A DNA stretch of 63,909 nt, counting the filler, from Choristocarpus tenellus KU-1152 (lineage: Eukaryota; Protista; Phaeophyceae), in NCBI GenBank assembly GCA_964200185.2. It is 13 parts of 13 records of this genome, joined end to end, with 100 filler letters (N's around TTAATTAATTAA, not from the genome) between each part and the next. Parts side by side here need not be neighbours in the genome. Positions count along the whole stretch, not along the records: positions 32,786 to 41,125 come from CAXNAD020004835.1; positions 41,226 to 53,383 come from CAXNAD020001948.1; 11 more parts are not named here. One strand, given 5' to 3'. The translations under genes were made by a program, and so were the position numbers. The notes under the pieces were generated by a model that worked only from the letters and a program-made list of their open reading frames with translations, was not told where the DNA came from and did no database searches. Below are positions 35,924 through 49,200 of the stretch, one piece after another; the stretch's first letter is position 1; each line of letters begins with the position of its first letter.

Positions 35924-38404
35924 TTGTTGGTCATAAAACCTCCTCAATACCTACTTTCCAGTATGTTCATTCCTGTACAACAGCCCGAGTGATACACCAA
36001 CAACCTTTACACTGCCACAAAGAGGGGAACAGGACTATGGTGTGTGTCGCCTGGTTCTCAATTTTCTCGTGCTAACTCACTTTGAATTTTCCCATCTATG
36101 AGGGGGGCGTGATTGAATAGTTGGGGCCCCTGTGATTCCCTTTTTGGTACATACGCTTTACCTCTATGATGGGCGGTTTTGCACTTTTGCGTGGCCAAGC
36201 GTTTGCCTTCTCTTCTACAGCCACAGCTTCTACAAAAGGGGATTTAGCTCCATTTTAGGCATGGGAAAGGGGTGTCTGGCAGGAAATTTTAGAACCTCGA
36301 AGTACTCAAAAGGGTCTAAGCAGACCCTCCTACAACGTTGGATGGTTCTTTTCTCAAGTTACTTGATGGATGCCCCATCGTCGACATACGCACAGCCTTG
36401 TGAATTCCTCTGGAGTAGCAGTCTTCCCTACCACCCTAAGGACCACCAACCGTGTGGAATGTCACTGCTGTTTGTCCGTTACCTATGGGTCCCCTTGCGG
36501 CAAGCAGGACCCTCTACAATTCGGCATGGATGTGGTTGCACAGGGTGTGTGGCACTGCCAGTGGCTTTTGCCGTGCATCGTAGGGAACCCTCCTCCGGAT
36601 TTCTTCCAGAAACGTACAGGTAGGTATTATGATACGGGCATTGGGCACTCAAATTATATTGATATTTGAGGATTGAAGGAGACATGCATTCCCTTGCAGT
36701 CACACAGAGAAATCATAGCCTGGAACAGGTAATTGTGGCGAGAGGTGTGCAAGTCAGTCGGCAGTCGGATGCTCGTGCTTTTGTTCTTACTCTACGACTC
36801 GGAGCAAATACAACGGAGTGGATACAATTGTATGTCCAGTTGCTTGTGCACACAGGAATTGTTTGCGAATAAGATGTTTTTTGGAGGAGTGCTGCATGAA
36901 AAGCATCAGGTTCCGCAATGGAAGCTGGTTGTCATGCTCCATCCGATGACCCAACTGAAGCCTTACTTTCTTTTGAAAAATTCAAGGGGTATACACTTAT
37001 CATTGCCTATATAGAGGTAGACGAAACCATAATATATTTGTTCAGAGCTACTTGACTTGAAGTATGTTGACAACAACAATGTATCACGAAGAAGGCTTGC
37101 AACGCCACCATACTTGAGAGACTTAAGGCAAGAAGTGAGACTATATTTGTAATCTGATGTATCAATATTTGGTGGTTGTTGTAAAAATCTGCTGCAAAAT
37201 GAAAGAGTGCTTACTGAAGTATCCTAACTTTTACAGCATGTTTGAAAGGAGTACATGGCATTATGGGCCTCCTGTACCAGGAGAGAAATTGACTCTGGCA
37301 GCGCAGATTTATTGGACAACTCATACGTAGTAAAACCCTTGTGAAAAAGCACTATTGCAACTTGGTGAGAGGCAAATATTGGGGGTAAACATCCTCAGGA
37401 AACAACCTTGTGTAGGAGGGCGCTCTAGGGACTGGCATGATAAACAAACACAGTGAGAAATCCCACCAACCACAGTAAAACAGCCTATTTCGGAAATAGA
37501 GCAGTTTGGGTCCATCTAATACGTTGGCAAGGACAACAAGATACTGTTGTTTTGCACTGGGATTATGTGTATGAATTTTCTAGGACCTCATACATCTAAG
37601 CACATAATTGTGTCATTGTTCAACAGGGATAATGATGTCCTGAAACACACACCATGACAATGATTTAATCAATGGCATTGTGTGTACTGCTATTGTAGGA
37701 TAATTTTTTCTCAAGTCATTTTATGTCACTGAAATGTGCTGGAATACATTGTATCTCCGTATCCACTATGAACTGGAAATGGGGTAACCAATAATGGTTT
37801 CCTCAGCGCCAGAATAAACTCTTCAAATTTAGAGGAAGAAATCTGTTACTAGTTCGAAGTGGGACGTTTATGCGCTAATCAAAACTTTATTTTGTTTGTC
37901 AGGACATCCCAATTGCAAGCGACAGTTCACAAAAAGCAAATACTCAAACGTAAGCACATATCACTGAAGGCATCTAGGGACTTGAAGGAGCAGCATCTTT
38001 TTCCGCACTTCTCGTACGATGGCAACCAAGAAGGATAACTGCAACGATTACCATGGTGGGACTCGTGATCTAGCGAAACGCAGCACTTCAAGGTGTGAGT
38101 GGTTTGGGAACTTTTCGTGCCATCCATCACGATGTTCTAATAGAACTTGATTTACTAAACAGTAGCTAATACTCCACAGTTCACATGGAATTGTCCACTT
38201 TACAGCTTAGAAACGCAACCTTACCCTCGCAGCAACATCCGAGGTACAATCGGTTGTTAATATCTTCCATCATTGTTTTGCTTCTTGTCCACTAGGGTAA
38301 ACACAAAACAAACTATATATTCTCGGCACAAAAGGGGCCGATTTAACGACCAGGGTGCATTCCACTGCAAAGGTCGGTGATCTTAGAGATACCTCCCACG
38401 AAGC

Positions 38405-38875
38405 CTACTTAAGGAAAAGAACATGCACTGCCATTACCACACAGGCACTTCCAACGTAAGGACTTAATCGCTCGCCAACCCTCGCCGACTTCCAGCAGAA
38501 TCCTCGGAAACCACTCCGAGATCCATCTTCAGTGTCGAAAATTCCCTTCCTATAGCCCCTTAAGTACGTGCAGATACATATAAAGAGGAGAATCACCGTG
38601 ATGAGTTTCGAGAACTCAAATATTGCTGCCTGGAAGTGCAAAAAGCAAGAATGGAGGTTGGGTGGGGATGAACATCTGGTATCAGAAACCCTCTTTAACA
38701 AGCGCACAACGGAAGATAAATGGGTCGTTTTTAGTAAAAGCATCAGGGTCCTTGTGTGTGTAACGTTTATCACACACGGGTGAGGATGTGCAAAGCAGTC
38801 GATGTGATCAGTCTGGCAGACAGTTATAAATACTGTGTTGGGCCTTTCTATGCGACCCTTCCCATATCTCACCAT
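38405..38875 (-). CDS. TMEM167: Protein Kish (TMEM167); ATG-only first coding exon 38873-38875, exon 2 38405-38629
   Basis: M|AAIFEFSKLITVILLFICICTYLR...GFCWKSARVGERLSPYVGSACVVMAVHVLF; ATG|GTGAGA donor and TTCCAG acceptor. Confidence 0.9.
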   Translation of the reverse strand: MVRYGKGRIERPNTVFITVCQTDHIDCFAHPHPCVINVTHTRTLMLLLKTTHLSSVVRLLKRVSDTRCSSPPNLHSCFLHFQAAIFEFSKLITVILLFICICTYLRGYRKGIFDTEDGSRSGFRGFCWKSARVGERLSPYVGSACVVMAVHVLFLK

Positions 38876-39129
38876 CTCACTGCCTTTGTCACCGGGAAAG
38901 TGCTGGGCGACTATCCAACAGCACAGCAAGCGATCAAGGAGGAGAGTCACCAGGTGCAGGTATTGCACCAGGTGACAGTGATAGAGAAGAGAGGGATGAA
39001 AGTATAAAATCTATTGTATAAGCGCGCGAAATTCCACGCGCGTCGTGGTGGAGTTGAATTTCGTACCACACTACCACGCCAACTATATACTCAACACTAA
39101 TTGCGAGTTTTACTCGCTTGTCTGACTTC

Positions 39130-40826
39130 ATGGATGTGATAGGCAACCTCGTAGGTGGCCAGGGATGTGCCGCCGATGGAACAACCACTGCCCGTAATCC
39201 TCTCTCCAAGATGGTGGACACCTTGATGGAGGGTTCAGCCGGAGCACATCAGAAGGGCACAGGTGGGCACTTGTTTCCTCCTGGTGGTCTGGTACATGGA
39301 CAAGGGTCGGTAATGGATGCCGAAGGACTACGCAGTCATATGCAGCAGGGTATGGCCATGGGGCGTGGCATGCAAGGGATTGGTCAAGGGCCAGTTGGAC
39401 CGGCTGGTGGTATGATGCAGATGCGTCCAATGCCCCCTCCACAACACATGCTTCCTCCAACACTCGTGAGTGGAGAGCTGGAAGAAAAATCGTCAAGAGT
39501 ATGAATATGTCAGTGTTTCTTCTGCATTTTGGTAGGCATTAATCTAGGGGTATGTTTAGGTCTTATTAGCGTGAAATTCATGTATTGAAGATCTTCTCAT
39601 GTTGCTTAAAGAGGAGTGCCTGGACTTGAATGGTGTATCGCTTTAGAAATGCTCCAACTCATTGGAAGAGATGTGTCGATGCACCCCCACGAACTTCTCA
39701 CCCACAGGGTGACTGGGCAGGGGAGTTCCAACAGCTCCCCCCGCAGCTTGATGCGATGCCACATCCCCATGGTTTCGAAGGGGCTTGGGGTGCACCCATG
39801 GGGGACGGGTGGGCTAATGAGTTTCAGGGACGACTCACAGCCCCAGGACAGGGACAGGGCTTTCATCCTGGCATGCCCCATCCCTTGGAGATGGAAACGG
39901 CATGGGCGGCGCAAAATCATGCACGCATGACAAATGACATGTCCATGGGAGGTTGGCACACAGAATTTAACCAGCGACCTGCTCATCCTCAACTGCTCAA
40001 CCAGGCAAGTGCCTCACCATGCAACCAAGAGCTGAGATCTTCTGATATTAAGTCCAATGTGTGGGGAGTCGGGTATGTGGACTACGGATAGGGAGTTTTA
40101 TCGTCTGATTTACTTTTTCGTTTTGGAGATACTGTACGATATACTATGCCTCCGCAGCATTGCTGTGCATTTTTGTTGTGTATTTGTACCATCACGTGCA
40201 AGTTTGTTTCCGGTTGTGGTAATCATGTTTTTAATTGTAGACTTCAAATATTATACCCGCGGAGTTCAAAAACGAAAACTCAAGGGTATTTTTATGCTGA
40301 AACAAAGTGGGTTTGATCACTCCGTCATCCATGGGTCAATGGACTTAAGAGGTGCCGTCCTGCCTCTGGAACTTCCCCCCTCCCATTCTTTCCCCCCTGG
40401 CTCACCCATAGAAAACACTTTAGGATTTGGTATCTTGGCACTATTTCTTAGCCCCTGCTTTGACTACAATTTTTTGGAAATACAACACCCCCCACTTACC
40501 CTATTGTGTGATATGGTTGTGATTACATCTGTAGTAGCCCTCTTTTGTATAAACGGTGCAGGCCTCATCGCCGCCCGTTGCATTCTTTTCCCACCCTGGG
40601 GTATTTGCACGATTCCATTTTCGTGGTTACGCCCGAAAAATAGGACTTCGAAGAGGAGGCGGGGCAGGGGCAGGAGGATCCCGCCTCCTTGGAAGCTAGT
40701 GCGAATGCCCGGGCTGTGGCAGAGGAACTGGGTCGTAATCCAGACTCCCGATACCGGAAAAGCGAGCTGTTCGAGTTCATGACCCGAGTTGGTTCCGAGG
40801 AGTTGAAGTTTTCCGGAAATACGCTG
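39130..40826 (+). CDS. PEX5: Peroxisomal PTS1 receptor PEX5, N-terminal half (exons 39130-39465, 39708-40004, 40644-40826), 3'-truncated
   Basis: N-terminal LVGGQGC...NPL with conserved Cys; WxxxF motifs (WAGEF, WANEF, WHTEF); PDSRYRKSELFEFM resembles the PEX7-binding motif. Confidence 0.88.
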
Positions 40827-41225
40827 GTACGGGTTTTACTCTCCCGCTGTTTTGTAATTGCTTCCTCTTCTTCCACGTCAAGAAAGAAAGAAATTGAATC
40901 AATTGGTGTGTGGATTTCCGTTTGTGTTTCATAGTGCTTTGTTTTTGTGTTCGTAGTGCTTTGCTGCCTTCTCGTGCATCGTTTTTTTTTTTTTTAATCT
41001 TTAGTTAGTTGATGGTACTTGCTTGTACCGTTCCCCCTTGCCCCGGTATTCATCCCTTTGCACTCTGTTCTAAGTGAGAGGGTGAAGAGAGGGGGGGAAT
41101 GAAGTTAGAGCCGGTGGTTGCTGGGNNNNNNNNNNNNNNNNNNNNNNNNNNNNNNNNNNNNNNNNNNNNTTAATTAATTAANNNNNNNNNNNNNNNNNNN
41201 NNNNNNNNNNNNNNNNNNNNNNNNN

Positions 41226-44200
41226 CCTCCGAACGCGCCAACCCCCCCCTCTGGTGAGTACGCCCGCTCTATCTCCATCAGGCAATGGCCTACACCATGT
41301 CCACTTAGCATTGCTACCCGCAAACGGTCTAGACCAATCCTCTCTGCCCGGAGGATGCGAATAGCTTGCAGTAATGCCCATCGAGTTGTATTTTGTCTAT
41401 CTTGCTCTGAAGAGGATGGGATTAGCTTTCCAAGAACTTCGTCCACCCTCCAGACATCATGCCCCGCACCCTGATATTATGGACACATACAGGACAGTGG
41501 ACAGTTATCCAGTGAACAGGCGTATTGGATTTTGGGGAAAAATCTGTCTATTTTAGGTTCCATATAAATGTTGTGTATGCCAACACAAGGTGCGGGTACT
41601 CACCACCCATTAAATTCACTAAGGCATGACTCAATAATGACAGGAAACTGTTACGGCTATGGCATGTATCTATGGCATGTATCTTCTGGATATTCCTACA
41701 TTTTTCTGAGGAAAAAGTTGCCAACACTTTGGTACAAATGATATATTTTTTTCATCTTCTGGTTTTTCCCATTTTTTGCACTGCTGTGTCCACAAGAAAT
41801 TTCAATTGGAAACATCATTTTCCTCTCTGAGGCGATGTCTGAATGTCAGCAAGAATGCAAGTTTTTTTGTGTCTAACCCTAACCCTAATCAATGGACACA
41901 CTTGCTATATTCAGCAACACTCTCCAATAATATCCTTTGCTACATTGATTGCCACAAGAGACTGAAGGCTGCCATGGCAAATACTCTGTAGCACTAATGA
42001 ATCCGTGGCCCTTGGAGCTGAGGCATTCATTCACCTTTGATTCACCAAAGACAATTAACTCTGCAGCCATTCCTCCCATTGCAATCATTGCATGTCGATT
42101 ACCAATGGAGAATGCCCCCTCCACAAGTCCCCCCTCACTCTCCACACCCCCTCCTGCTCCTGCCTTGCATTTAGTTGATGCTAGCTTGTCCAGGCTATCA
42201 ACATCATAGTATTCTAGACCAGTTTCTGCCCCAGATGCCTTCCCATTGAGCAGGCCCTTCCTGGCAATGTCCAGTTCACGGTGTTGAAAAAGAGTGCTTC
42301 CATCACCATAGATACCCCCACGAAACAAGGAGCCAAGCCCACCTAGTATTGACAAGTGTACAGATTGGATTAATATGGCATCCATGATTGGGGGAGGGGG
42401 GGGGGGGGAAGACACATTGACAAAAAAGAATGACAAAAAAGAAAAGCACAAAAAATGACCTAAATTACACATCATTGAAAAGTCAAACACACTTATCACT
42501 TGTCGATGTGATGAAGAACTATCATTGGGTACAGGGGGGTACAAGGACAGTGACAACTGGAGGTTTTCCACATCTCATTCATGACCCCTCCTACTCAAAG
42601 TCAACTCCTATTGACACTTACAATAGCTGATATTTGGAGGTCATGTACTAACATGTGCTCACAGTGTAAAGGTCTGAACAATTGTAACGCTTGTAATGAC
42701 AACACTTTAGTTGATCAAACATATCAGTGAGGCAAAATACTCCATTCCTGTAAAACATGCTCACTCAGGTAGTAGCCAGACACTTGGCACCCCATGAGGT
42801 AGGCCATGAGAAAGTGACCTGCTTCATGTACCACCAATCTTTCCTTCAGTTGAGGAACAAACCTAAAACCCACCAGCTGTACCAATATCCCCAGTAGAAG
42901 CCCCTGTCAGGAAGGTGTACAACTTGAGGACATGAGGGGGTACCTAGGAGCAATACATGGAATACATGGAATACATGGAGTAGGATACAATGCTTCTCAC
43001 ATACCTGATACTAGGACACCAAATCATATCGCAAATGTGTAGGAAATTTTAAGGGATAAGATCTGGGAAGACTTGTGGTCTTTACTCTTTCTACTCTATG
43101 TTGTGGAGACATGGCATCAACATGACACAATCATGATCAAACAAACTGACACAAAACCACCAAAATACTAGATGTATCATACACATTAAATGCTACTGTG
43201 GACTCATCTTGGAGTGCCAACTGAAATACCTTTCCCTACAAAAAAAAAATCAGAGGTGATTCAGAGCAGGTACCACATCAAGCACCTGGCCTGACTCTGA
43301 AACCTCCTTCTACAGCAACACTTCATTCCACCTAGTCTTCAATGTTTCATCAAATCCAATCCCTGACTCAAAAGATGTGATATCATAACCCCCATTGTTG
43401 TACCAATCATAGCATACACTGAATTGTGTTTGTTGTGTCATGAAAATTTCCAATTAATTGTCCCTGTGGCGCCTTTATACCCTACATTTTGGGTGTGGTT
43501 GGAACACAGCTTATCACACCACAAATGCCTTGTCCTTCATAAACCTATCCTCACCCTGTCAAGGATCAAAAAAGCTATCCAACCCAATGCCGTCTTTGCC
43601 CGTTCAATGTCCATCTCTATCCCGGCACTAGTAAAGGCTGCAAATGCAATTGCCACAGTTCCAAGCCAGAGCGTCTGAACCTGGTGAGTGGTAAAAATCA
43701 TCAGAAGAGTCAACAGATTGTAGAGCTGCAAGAACTGCATAGGTAGGTGAAGGTGAGGGGTGGAGACTGTGCTTCAGAACCTCTTGTTAGTGCAAGGATT
43801 TTTACTTAGCAAAGTTGCGACAGTCACATGAGACAAAGACAACACTATGAGGAGATTGGAAAAGAACCAAGTAGGCAATCCACACACTTGAGTAAAAAGT
43901 CCTGCATGAATTAAACTGCAATATGTAATAGAGAAACAGTTGTCTCAGCAATTCCAAGAAGGAGCACAAACAACTTCCAAAGGACTATGTCATGTCTCCT
44001 ATTTGATGTCAAGAACCACAGAGTAGAACCTTGGTGACTTTGCTACCAAAGAGAACAGTGCCCCCCCAGAGGTTTAGGGTAGTCAAGGTTGATTGAGCTC
44101 ACCAATGGCAAGTCGTCAGAATCTACTTCTGCTTGAGATAATACCGCCGATTCCTCTATCTGCATGGGTGACAGCATTGGTGCTGCAGAGTCCAAGCTTT

Positions 44201-45558
44201 GTTCTGCTCCATATCTGCTAGCCCCCCCAAGGATAAGAACCAATACAATATGTAGAATGTGACATGTAGAGCAAAAGGATAGGTTGGTAGGACAACTGGG
44301 ACAACACCAAACCCATTAGTCAAATGCACATAAGAAGTACAGTACCACCACCATCTACCACATTCAATTATGACACAATGATCACCTATCCCTCCACCTC
44401 AATGTTTGATGAGCAATGGCCACCAAAACTGTACTGTAACTCATAGCACATTTCATACGTAGCCCCAGGCCATAGTTTTACATTGAAAACTACACATTTT
44501 ATGCACAAAGCTAGCCCTTTGCTCACCTGTGGAGGACACCATTTTGTCCAAGGTGCTCATAGAGGTGACTCAGGACGTCTCCATACATCCCAGGCTGGAA
44601 CGCTCGTGGCAAGGATGATAACATGTCTAGCAGCCCAAGTGCCAGCAATGATCCTGTACCAGAATTTTTTTCCCACTTTTCGAGATAAGCTCTGATGCTG
44701 TTTCCATCTTCCGCTTCTCCGCTCTTTCTCTTCGCAGAGAGTATTTTGATGAGTTTTTGCTGCTGATCAACAAGGATCTGTTGAACGTGAAGCAGTGGGT
44801 TGGAGATGGGATGTGGGAAGTGGAGTGGAAAACTATCGTGAGTAAACGGGCGTGTGAATACATACCTGCCTTAACATGGATACACTTTTCGTACATTGGG
44901 TAGATTGACGCCACCAGAGATGCATAGTGTTGAGGTTTTTTAATATTTTGCCCACCTGGTCAGCTGCCTGTCCTTGTCTCATATTTCCCCTTCCTCCTTC
45001 CATTCCTTCCCTCTGTCCTCCTGTTTGGTTCCCGATGTATAGATTTGCAGCATTGACTGCACGAGTCAATGTACTCGATTGGATCTGGGCGATTACTCTG
45101 TCAAGCGAAAACCCCATAAATATCTGCGCAACCTTGGGGGCCGAGCCCGCTGCATGCACCTGGGAAAATATTGGAATGGGCGTGATATGTTCGTTGTGGT
45201 TACCAAAGGAGACATTACTTAAGCGGCACGTACTGTTCATCAGGAAAGTTTAGACACACACTTCCGCTAGCAACAAAATATTGTGCCCGCAATCAGTGCT
45301 ACCTGCGCAAAGTGAGTTGAGATTTCGGTTGTGCTACGGTCAGCCGCAAACAACATCAATCTATATTTTTTTATGACTTCTTGCCTCAAAACAGTCTCGA
45401 TTCAGCGCCATTCGTCTCGGTAGCCCCCCAGAAACCCATTCTTGTCTTGACGTTGATCGACACCTTGGTCCTGGGACAAAGCAGTCTGGTGGGGGCGAAA
45501 ATGCCGATCCTATTCCTGTGTACAAAAGAAGAAACAACACGGAGTCCAGTGTTGGCAT
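41226..45558 (-). CDS. Plastid-targeted peptidase M41-like protein lacking an AAA domain (VIR3-like); exons 45385-45558, 44956-45159, 44527-44777, 44103-44214, 43555-43680, 42765-42903, 42035-42342, 41226-41470
   Basis: Signal peptide plus GSAFSP motif; TM segments; RLVVHEAGHFLMAYLMG; MGGMAAE; RWALLQA...AM...CLMEIE; all exon phases compatible. Confidence 0.82.
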
Positions 45559-46265
45559 CACAGATCGACAGGTACACAAACCATCCCAAGTATGCGCAAT
45601 TCAACAAGCCACACCCATGGCAATGAGAGCGAACAATGAGGACAAGTCGTTCTCCAGAGATATGTAGTTTTTGGAAGAGTGAGGGTTTGTAGTTCTTACC
45701 CAGCAGGATCCCAGACATCACGAGGATGAAACGTACTCCCCACTTCTCCATTGTAGAAAGATGTAGTTCACATCTGCTACTATGGATTGGGTATGTATGT
45801 TGGTGAAATTGAAAGGAAAGTTTCATAAACCCCGGTTGGCGTTTACCACCAATGAAACTGTTGGTGGTTTCACAGTTCTCTATTAGTTGAGCGCCAAATT
45901 GGTTGTAAGGTCTCTCGCTTGCATCATTCCCCTAATAGCTCTTACTTCGTTGCCTGACTCAATTCAGCATATATGTTCTATCACCACCTAAGTGCTGTAC
46001 TCCGGAGGATGAGTTGCGCTTTCTAACAGCCAAACCACAGGTTAGCATCCGAGACAAAATATTACTACGGATTGGACAAAGGATGGTATGGCGGTTCACA
46101 CCATATTTTAATGGTCGACGAAAATTGTTCTTATAAGGAAGAATAATAGAGTATCATGCCATAAATTGTTTGTAAATAAGGTTAGCCCTTGTTGACCCAC
46201 CTCGACAAATCTTCGCTCCTTCTCTGCCCTCCAGGAGTTCCGTGCCAACAGGGTGACAATAAGCC

Positions 46266-49200
46266 ATGGAGGTGCGGATTCCTCGACGCAAACGCACGTC
46301 TACTGGGGCTCTTATTTCAATAAATCAGTGTGTGTCCTATTGATCTGTAATGTACTTTTTTTAAACCAACTTTTTTGCGAGGACGTGAGTCGGGGACATC
46401 ACAGTAGTCTTCAAGGGAATAAACGCCAAGGTATGGAACGCCTTCAGGCAGCACTCACCCTTTTCACACCTTGTTCTTCAAGCTAAGCTGTCCTTCTGTT
46501 GGCTCCAAGTCCAGGTCGCCTATCTGTACACAAAAGTGCGCTCTGAATTCGGCAAGCACTGCATGTTCAAGGATGTGCCGGCATTTCTACTAGAGACCGT
46601 GCCTTGCTCCACTGAGTATGACGACAACTATGTATCTCGGAACCCAAGTACTGCAGAGTTGGACACCTCTCCACACATGTCTGGTAAGTGGTAATGACAA
46701 TTCGTATGCTCTTTTCTGCGTCTCAAGATCTATGGATCTCAAGGAGGTGGAACTTATGATCGTGGCAAAGGGGTTGGGCATTGAGTATATAATTTCCTTC
46801 CTAACACAGATGATATTTTTCTCCATTTGACCTACAAGGTAACACTGTTGATAGTCATATTGTGCTTAATGTGCCCCCGCATCAGATACACTTGTCCCTA
46901 CACATTTGGATACATTTTCCAGATTTGGAGGGCATAAGATGCAATCAAGTATTTAAACTGTTAACATTTTGTCTAATCACCTTAGCCCAACAACCCTTAC
47001 ACAATACATTTCAGTATATTGACTCACTCCTTGGTACTTGCAGAGCATGAGGCCAACACAGAGCGGTTGATCACAAAACACACATCCATGCGACACGTGG
47101 AGGGAGGATGGCCAAAAGACGTTGATTTCACAGAGCAGGTACTATCGAAGTAGACACTATTCCTACCCTGAAAGAGTTTTGAATGTCATGCATCCTGAGA
47201 CTGTCATCTTTGACTCGTAAGATTTATTACAGACACTTCCTTTCATCATCTGAAATATGATCCTGTGGAAGAAAATTCTGAGAGTGATTACCGCCCTTGG
47301 TCTGAAAACCTCAGTCAGATGTTAACCGCTTCCGAAAGAAAGCCGAGAAGGACGATGACTACAAGATTGCCGTAAAAGGATTGGGGCCGGTAATTGGGCG
47401 CTGCATGAAGCAGAACAACACAATTGACATTTACGAGGTGGGCTCCATGGGGAGTCCAGGCAGTCTATGGGTCATCAAGTTATTGGTGTCTTGATCAATC
47501 ATTTCGGAGTGACATAGTTCAAACTGGAAACTTGATGGATTGTGTACAGGTGTGGTGTTCCTTTTCGGAAACAATTTTTGTCTGTTTCGTGTCCAGGTTG
47601 ATTAACGCTGGACATCAGTAACAGACCCTGGAGATCCATGACAACTAACTTATCTGGAGTATAAAATTAGCATTTTACTGCTCCTAAGCCATATCAAGGC
47701 AACCCTGTGTGGGGCTGAGGTTGCAGCTGATGGACATCGCAGGAAGTGAGTGTCAGGGCTAGTCTCACTACCCTCGCTACTATTGCACCCAACCTACACA
47801 AAACCGGCAGGAGTACTTTGATGACAATGACGTCGATCACTCAAGTGAGCCACCAAGTGCCAAAGGGCTTGCAGTGTTTCGCGACCCCAACGCCATCAAG
47901 CGCACCGCTACATCCATAAACTGGCATCCAGATGGGCCCACAAAAATTGCTGTATCCTATAGGTGGGTGCAGCACACATGTCTCTTGACAAAGGCAGGAG
48001 AAGGTAGCAGACCCGTTAATGCTCAGCAATGAGCCTACCTTGACTGCAAGAACAAACAGAAACCCTTCTTTCCATAGCCTGACCAAGTCATTGTGCCATC
48101 AAGCACCCCGGTGATCCCTTCTTGTTTAGTATTCAAAGAGCAATAATAAGATCAGTTTTGTTCGCTGGAATGATGTTCTGTGAGGGAAAATGTTGATGGT
48201 ACTATGGTTTCCTTGTACCATCATTGACCCATTGTATTGTTTGTACCATGTGTCGATCAGTCATCTTTCACTCCAGCAATTACCGATTTTTTCAAAATAT
48301 TCTGGCTGCCACTGGCCAAACCCCTAATATGCTGATACCATTCACACTTTCAGGTCTGTAGCTAGATACCAATTCCTGTGATATGTGCACTTGGTAGCAT
48401 AGCTAGCTAAGACACACCCTGTCAACCTCCCTACCTGTGACTACAGCATCCTCAACTTTCAGGACCCTCGGTTCATGAATACACGAATGCCGGTGCAGTC
48501 CTATGTGTGGGACACAATGAATCCCAATACTCCAGACGTGGAGCTGACAACTCCTAGCCCCCTGTGCTGCCTTAGATTCAACCCAAAGGTGAGATACAAT
48601 TGTCAACATAAGTCAGGATGCCAATTCCATATCTTCAGTTAGGTTATGAGAAGGAAGACATAGTGCTCTCTTCTCCTGTAGGCATGCAAACATTCTGTTT
48701 ACCAGACAGGAGAGTGTTCTAGCGCTTGGGAGGATTCAATGTATCCTGTTAGTCCTCAATGCGGAATGTGGCCTAGTCCAGTTCATGAAGTGTTCAATGC
48801 ATATGCAAAGGTTCTTTTTTATTCAAAAACAAATTTCTCTTGAGTTTCCCATCCCACCCCACTGCCAATGACCTGAACCCCCCTGCCCACCCAGAGCACT
48901 GATAACCTGGTGGGCGGATCATACAACGGTCTCATCAATTTCTTTGATCTTCGCAAGCCTGGGGCAACAACCGGACAAGCTGTTCCGTTGGAGACCTCTG
49001 TAATTGAGAAGAGTCACCACGATCCTGTATACGATGTCTTCTGGATATCATCCAAGACCGGCACGTGACAATATGCATTGGTGCTTGAGTGTTTGGATTG
49101 CTACATGTGAAAAAACTGCCCACACATCTTAGTATAATCTGCAAGTGAGAGACAGTTGGATCCTTTCTCACCAGCAATGTCCCAATTACACCCTTCACAC

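Noticed and set aside
40057-40782. 241-aa ORF as a separate gene
   Set aside because: Lies in PEX5 intron 2 and overlaps exon 3 out of frame; no recognisable motifs
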